A stretch of 61,163 nt of DNA from Chloroflexota bacterium (lineage in GTDB: Bacteria; Chloroflexota; Limnocylindria; Limnocylindrales; CSP1-4), in contig JBHOQO010000075.1 in NCBI GenBank assembly GCA_042408925.1, positions 1 through 61,163 of the forward strand. Reading direction: 5' to 3'. The stretch's first letter is position 1. Each line of letters starts with the position of its first letter. The notes beneath the pieces are model-generated. The model did no database searches. It was not told the origin of the DNA and saw nothing but the letters and a program-made list of their open reading frames with translations. Positions 58,124 to 61,163 of the stretch are shown one piece after another. A program made the translations under genes and the position numbers.

Positions 58124-58957
58124 ATGACGGCGATGCGGATCCGGGTCCGCCTCTTCGCGATCCAGCGCGAGCAGGCGGGGACGCGCTCGGTCGAACTCGA
58201 GCTCGACCCCGGGGCCACGATCGAGGACGCCTGGGCGGCCCTCGTCGAGCGGTTCCCGATCCTGGCTCCCGGCCGCCCGAGCGTTCGCTTCGCCCGCAAC
58301 GGCGCCTACGCCGGACCCGGCGACGTCCTCGCCGACGGCGACGAGCTGGCGGTCATCCCGCCGGTGAGCGGCGGCTCCGAGGAGGGCGGCTCCGAGGAGG
58401 GCGGCTCCGAGGGAGGCGGGCCGGATGGGGCGCGACCCGATCGCCGGCGCATCCTTCGCCTCCAGGCCGAACCGTTCGCGCCCGACCTCCTCGCGCAGCT
58501 GAGCGCCCGCCTCGCGACCGAGGCCGACGGGGCGGTCGTCGCCTTTCTCGGGCGGACGCGGGTCAGTCCCGGTACCCCGGCCCCGGGCCAGGAGGCCGAG
58601 GCGGCCCGTCACGCCGGGCGCCGGGTCGAGGGCCTCGAGTACGAGGCGCTCGAGCCGATGGCCCTCGCGGTCCTCGAGACCATCGCCGATGAGATCGCCG
58701 AGCGGTTCGGCGTCGAGCGGCTCGCGGTCGTCCATCGACTCGGCCCCGTCCCCCTCGGCGAACCGTCGATTGCGGTCGTGGCCGTCGCCCCCCACCGCGA
58801 CGCGGCGTTCGCCGCGGCCCGCTACGCCATCGACGAGACCAAGGCCCGCGCGCCGATCTGGAAGGCCGAGCACTTCGCCGACGGCCACGTCTGGATCGGC
58901 GAGCCAGCCCGACCCGGGCCGGCGGAGGGATCCGCCGAGGCGAGCGGGGAGCCGTGA
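58124..58957 (+). CDS. moaE: MoaD-MoaE fusion (molybdopterin synthase, MoaX-like)
   Basis: IRVRLFA...DELAVIPPVSGG (MoaD), linker, then GAVVAFLGRTR, LEYEA, VHRLG, HRDAAF, TKARAPIWKAE (MoaE). Confidence 0.92.
   Translation: MTAMRIRVRLFAIQREQAGTRSVELELDPGATIEDAWAALVERFPILAPGRPSVRFARNGAYAGPGDVLADGDELAVIPPVSGGSEEGGSEEGGSEGGGPDGARPDRRRILRLQAEPFAPDLLAQLSARLATEADGAVVAFLGRTRVSPGTPAPGQEAEAARHAGRRVEGLEYEALEPMALAVLETIADEIAERFGVERLAVVHRLGPVPLGEPSIAVVAVAPHRDAAFAAARYAIDETKARAPIWKAEHFADGHVWIGEPARPGPAEGSAEASGEP
58370..58414 (+). repeat. 15-nt tandem repeat x3 encoding the GGSEE linker
   Basis: GGCGGCTCCGAGGAG at 58370 and 58385, GGCGGCTCCGAGGGA at 58400. The first unit begins at the MoaD Gly-Gly. Confidence 0.9.
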
Positions 58958-60666
58958 GCCGAAGCGCCCGAGCCCTCGACCGCTTGGCGACCCTCGCCGA
59001 CGACCTCGCGGCGGCGTGGGCGCCCCGGGGTCGAGGCCGGGCCAGCGCCGGCACCGAGCGGGCCCTCCTCCGGCTCTTCGGGGTCGAGGGGCTCGACGGG
59101 GCGGGCAAACCCCTCGCCTGGTCGGTCGTCGAGCGCTATGCCGGACGGGATCCGGGGCGGCTTGGCCACGGGATCACGCTCCCGTTCGCCATCGCGCTCC
59201 TCGAGTACGACGTCGACCCGCAGCAGCTCGCCCTCGACGTGGCGGCGGGCGTCGTCGACCTCGCCTTCGAGGCAAACCTCCTCGCCGAGCCCGACCGCCG
59301 GGCGACGGCGGAGGCCGAGGCGGCCCGGCTCCTCGACGCCGCGATCGAGCGGATCGACGCGAACCGGACGGCCCGGACCGAGCTCCGCTCGCTCCTCGGG
59401 GACGCGGAACCGCCGCGGCTCGGCGTGCTCCTCGACGTCGGGACGGCCGCCGAGGCGCGCCGGGCCGGGGCGTCCGTGGTCCGGGCGGGGGCCGACGTCG
59501 TCCTCGTCGAGACGCCCTCGGGGCGAGAGCTCGTCGAGCGCCTCAGCGTCGCCGGTCTCGAGGTCGTCCGTTGGCAGCCGCCCGAGCCCGCGGTCCGCGC
59601 CGGCGGCGGTCGGCCACTCGAGGCGGGTCGGGAGGCCGTCGACGCCGAGCCGCCGGCCCCGCCGGGGAGCCAGCGCGGCCTCGCCGCCCTCCGGCGGACC
59701 CTCGACGAGGTGGCCGCGGAGCGCGCCGCCTACGTCCGGATCGCGACCTCGGCGCCGGCCTTCGGCGCTCCGGAACAGGCCGTCGTCGCGGCCCTCGAGC
59801 GGGTCGACCTCGTCGTCGCCGATCCGTTCCGGGAGATCGTCGACGACGGCGTCGACCCGGACCGAGCGCTCGCCGACCACGCCTTCGCCCAGCGGCTCGT
59901 CCGCCGGAGCGGGGCGACGCTCGTCGTCGGTCCCGGGCCGCTCGTCATCGGTCCGGATCTGGCGGCGGGGCGCCCCTCCGACGCGGCGGGCCTCGTCGGT
60001 CGGGCGGTGGCGCTCCTCGCCGTGTCCGTCGGCCTGGCGCGGCGGGCGGGGTTGGCGCCGACCGACGTCGTCGTCGACGCCGTGCCGAGCTGGCTCAGCG
60101 AGGAGCCGGACGCGGTCCAGCTCAGCCTCGCGACGGTCGCGGTCGAACGGGCGCTCTTCCCCGGTCATGCGTTCGCCTTCCGCCGGCCTCGGGTCGGGGC
60201 CGGACCGTTCTCGCCGGCCGCCTGGCCGGCGCTCGTGGCGGGCCTCCTGCCCGTCGCCGGGCCGGTCGACGTCGTCCTCGGACCCGAGGCGGATCCCGAG
60301 GCGATCGGTCGGACGGTGGCCGGGCTGCGGGCGGCGGCCGCCGTCGCCGACGGCCTGCCGCGGATCGAGGCGCCGACGCTCCGGGGCGCCGGTGCGGAGC
60401 TCGTCGAGCGGGTGCTCGAGGTCGGGGCGGCGTATCTCGCCGAGCTTCGGGAGGGCGGACCGGCGGCCATCCAGGAGGGGCTCGCCCGGGTCGGGGGAAA
60501 CGGACGCCGTCCGGGCGGCGGAGCGCTCGTCGGGGCGGTGCTCGGGTCGGCGGGCGGGGCAGGTGGCCTCGGAGGCGGCGGGGGCGGCCGACCGGCCGGG
60601 TTTGGGGGCGAGGCGGTCGTCGAGCGGGGCGGTGCCTTCGATCCCCTCGCCGCCTTCGAGGTCTGA
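58954..60666 (+). CDS. Degenerate homolog of lysine 5,6-aminomutase alpha subunit (KamD-like)
   Basis: ERALLRLFGVEGLD...PL..SVVE, LRRTLDEVAAERAAYVRI, AALERVDLVVAD, GVDPDRALADHAF, C-terminal VVERGGAFDPL. All are collinear with KamD as recalled from memory; no beta subunit is adjacent. Confidence 0.7.
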   Translation: MSRSARALDRLATLADDLAAAWAPRGRGRASAGTERALLRLFGVEGLDGAGKPLAWSVVERYAGRDPGRLGHGITLPFAIALLEYDVDPQQLALDVAAGVVDLAFEANLLAEPDRRATAEAEAARLLDAAIERIDANRTARTELRSLLGDAEPPRLGVLLDVGTAAEARRAGASVVRAGADVVLVETPSGRELVERLSVAGLEVVRWQPPEPAVRAGGGRPLEAGREAVDAEPPAPPGSQRGLAALRRTLDEVAAERAAYVRIATSAPAFGAPEQAVVAALERVDLVVADPFREIVDDGVDPDRALADHAFAQRLVRRSGATLVVGPGPLVIGPDLAAGRPSDAAGLVGRAVALLAVSVGLARRAGLAPTDVVVDAVPSWLSEEPDAVQLSLATVAVERALFPGHAFAFRRPRVGAGPFSPAAWPALVAGLLPVAGPVDVVLGPEADPEAIGRTVAGLRAAAAVADGLPRIEAPTLRGAGAELVERVLEVGAAYLAELREGGPAAIQEGLARVGGNGRRPGGGALVGAVLGSAGGAGGLGGGGGGRPAGFGGEAVVERGGAFDPLAAFEV

Positions 60667-60704
60667 GGGGGCGGCGAGCGGCCGATCCCGACCGCCGGTC
60701 CGGG

Positions 60705-60971
60705 CTACGACTCCCGGAAGACGAGGTCGTGCTCGCGGACGTGGTCGGCGACCTTGATGGCGACGTCGTCGCCCGGGTTCGCGCGATCGACGCGCCGGTG
60801 CTCGATCTCCATCGACTCGACGGTCTGGACGAGGTCGGTCGTGTGGCCGCGGATGTGGATCCGGTCCCCGACGGCGAGGGGAGCCCGGAGGCTCAGGGCG
60901 GCGACGGAGAGGTGGCTGAAGTAGTGGGTGACGGTGCCGACGGCATCGGCAGGGTCGTGGGTCTCGGACAT
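60705..60971 (-). CDS. Small beta-barrel protein (EF-Tu domain II / U32 C-terminal-like)
   Basis: VGTVTHYF, LAVGDRIHIRGHTTD..QTVESMEIE, GDDVAIKV...VREHDLVF. RBS GAGGAGG. Confidence 0.8.
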   Translation of the reverse strand: MSETHDPADAVGTVTHYFSHLSVAALSLRAPLAVGDRIHIRGHTTDLVQTVESMEIEHRRVDRANPGDDVAIKVADHVREHDLVFRES

Positions 60972-61163
60972 GGTGCACCTCCTCGGGCTGACCGTACACC
61001 GTCGTGCGACGCTCGTCGAGACCCGCCCGCCGTCACGCCAGTACGCATCCGAACGTCCGTGCCGGCGGCTGCCGGCCCGCTCCCGCGCCCGGTCGCGGGC
61101 GCGTGCACCCGGTGCACATTCTGGGGGCCCGGTCGGCCCCCGAGGCGGCCGGCCTGTCGGTTC

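Overview
This is a very GC-rich bacterial window with CTC/ATC/GTC-dominated codons. The gene content and protein styles suggest Chloroflexota, possibly Limnocylindria-like, but that is inference and was not tested. Most long ORFs in the six-frame track are GC shadow frames. The real gene set is mostly metabolic. It includes an ApbE flavin transferase operon, two divergent NarL-type two-component pairs, an LLM oxidoreductase and ilvD. An XRE-HTH/PD-(D/E)XK gene follows, then a Liv-type ABC transporter with GS-like, cyclase and amidohydrolase genes, bracketed exactly by two copies of a ~449 bp structured repeat. Next come an asparaginase-like gene, a DHODH-like gene, VapBC, DUF885, MarP and leuCD. 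An apparently foreign block holds a type II R-M pair, an MFS transporter and an FMN-riboswitch-controlled rib operon with a HAD phosphatase. After it come an attenuator-preceded ilvBNC-leuA-leuB-cimA operon with a stand-alone LeuA regulatory-domain gene, pheA, and a deletion-fused ATPase/partner pseudogene pair. The right end has ALDH, an HTH gene, a ThDP enzyme, GGDEF-EAL, thioesterase, macrodomain, MBL hydrolase, a membrane protein, a MoaD-MoaE fusion and a degenerate orphan lysine 5,6-aminomutase alpha homolog. No rRNA, tRNA, transposase or true CRISPR array was seen. The best leads are: (1) the repeat, which has a conserved scaffold and an equal-length hypervariable core and sits next to an HTH-nuclease gene; (2) a candidate flavinylated TGAS tail on a membrane-anchored coiled coil beside apbE; (3) an FMN riboswitch with a 40-nt L2 insertion; (4) the orphan KamD-like gene; (5) the free LeuA allosteric domain. 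Family assignments come from motif recognition by eye; no database searches were run.
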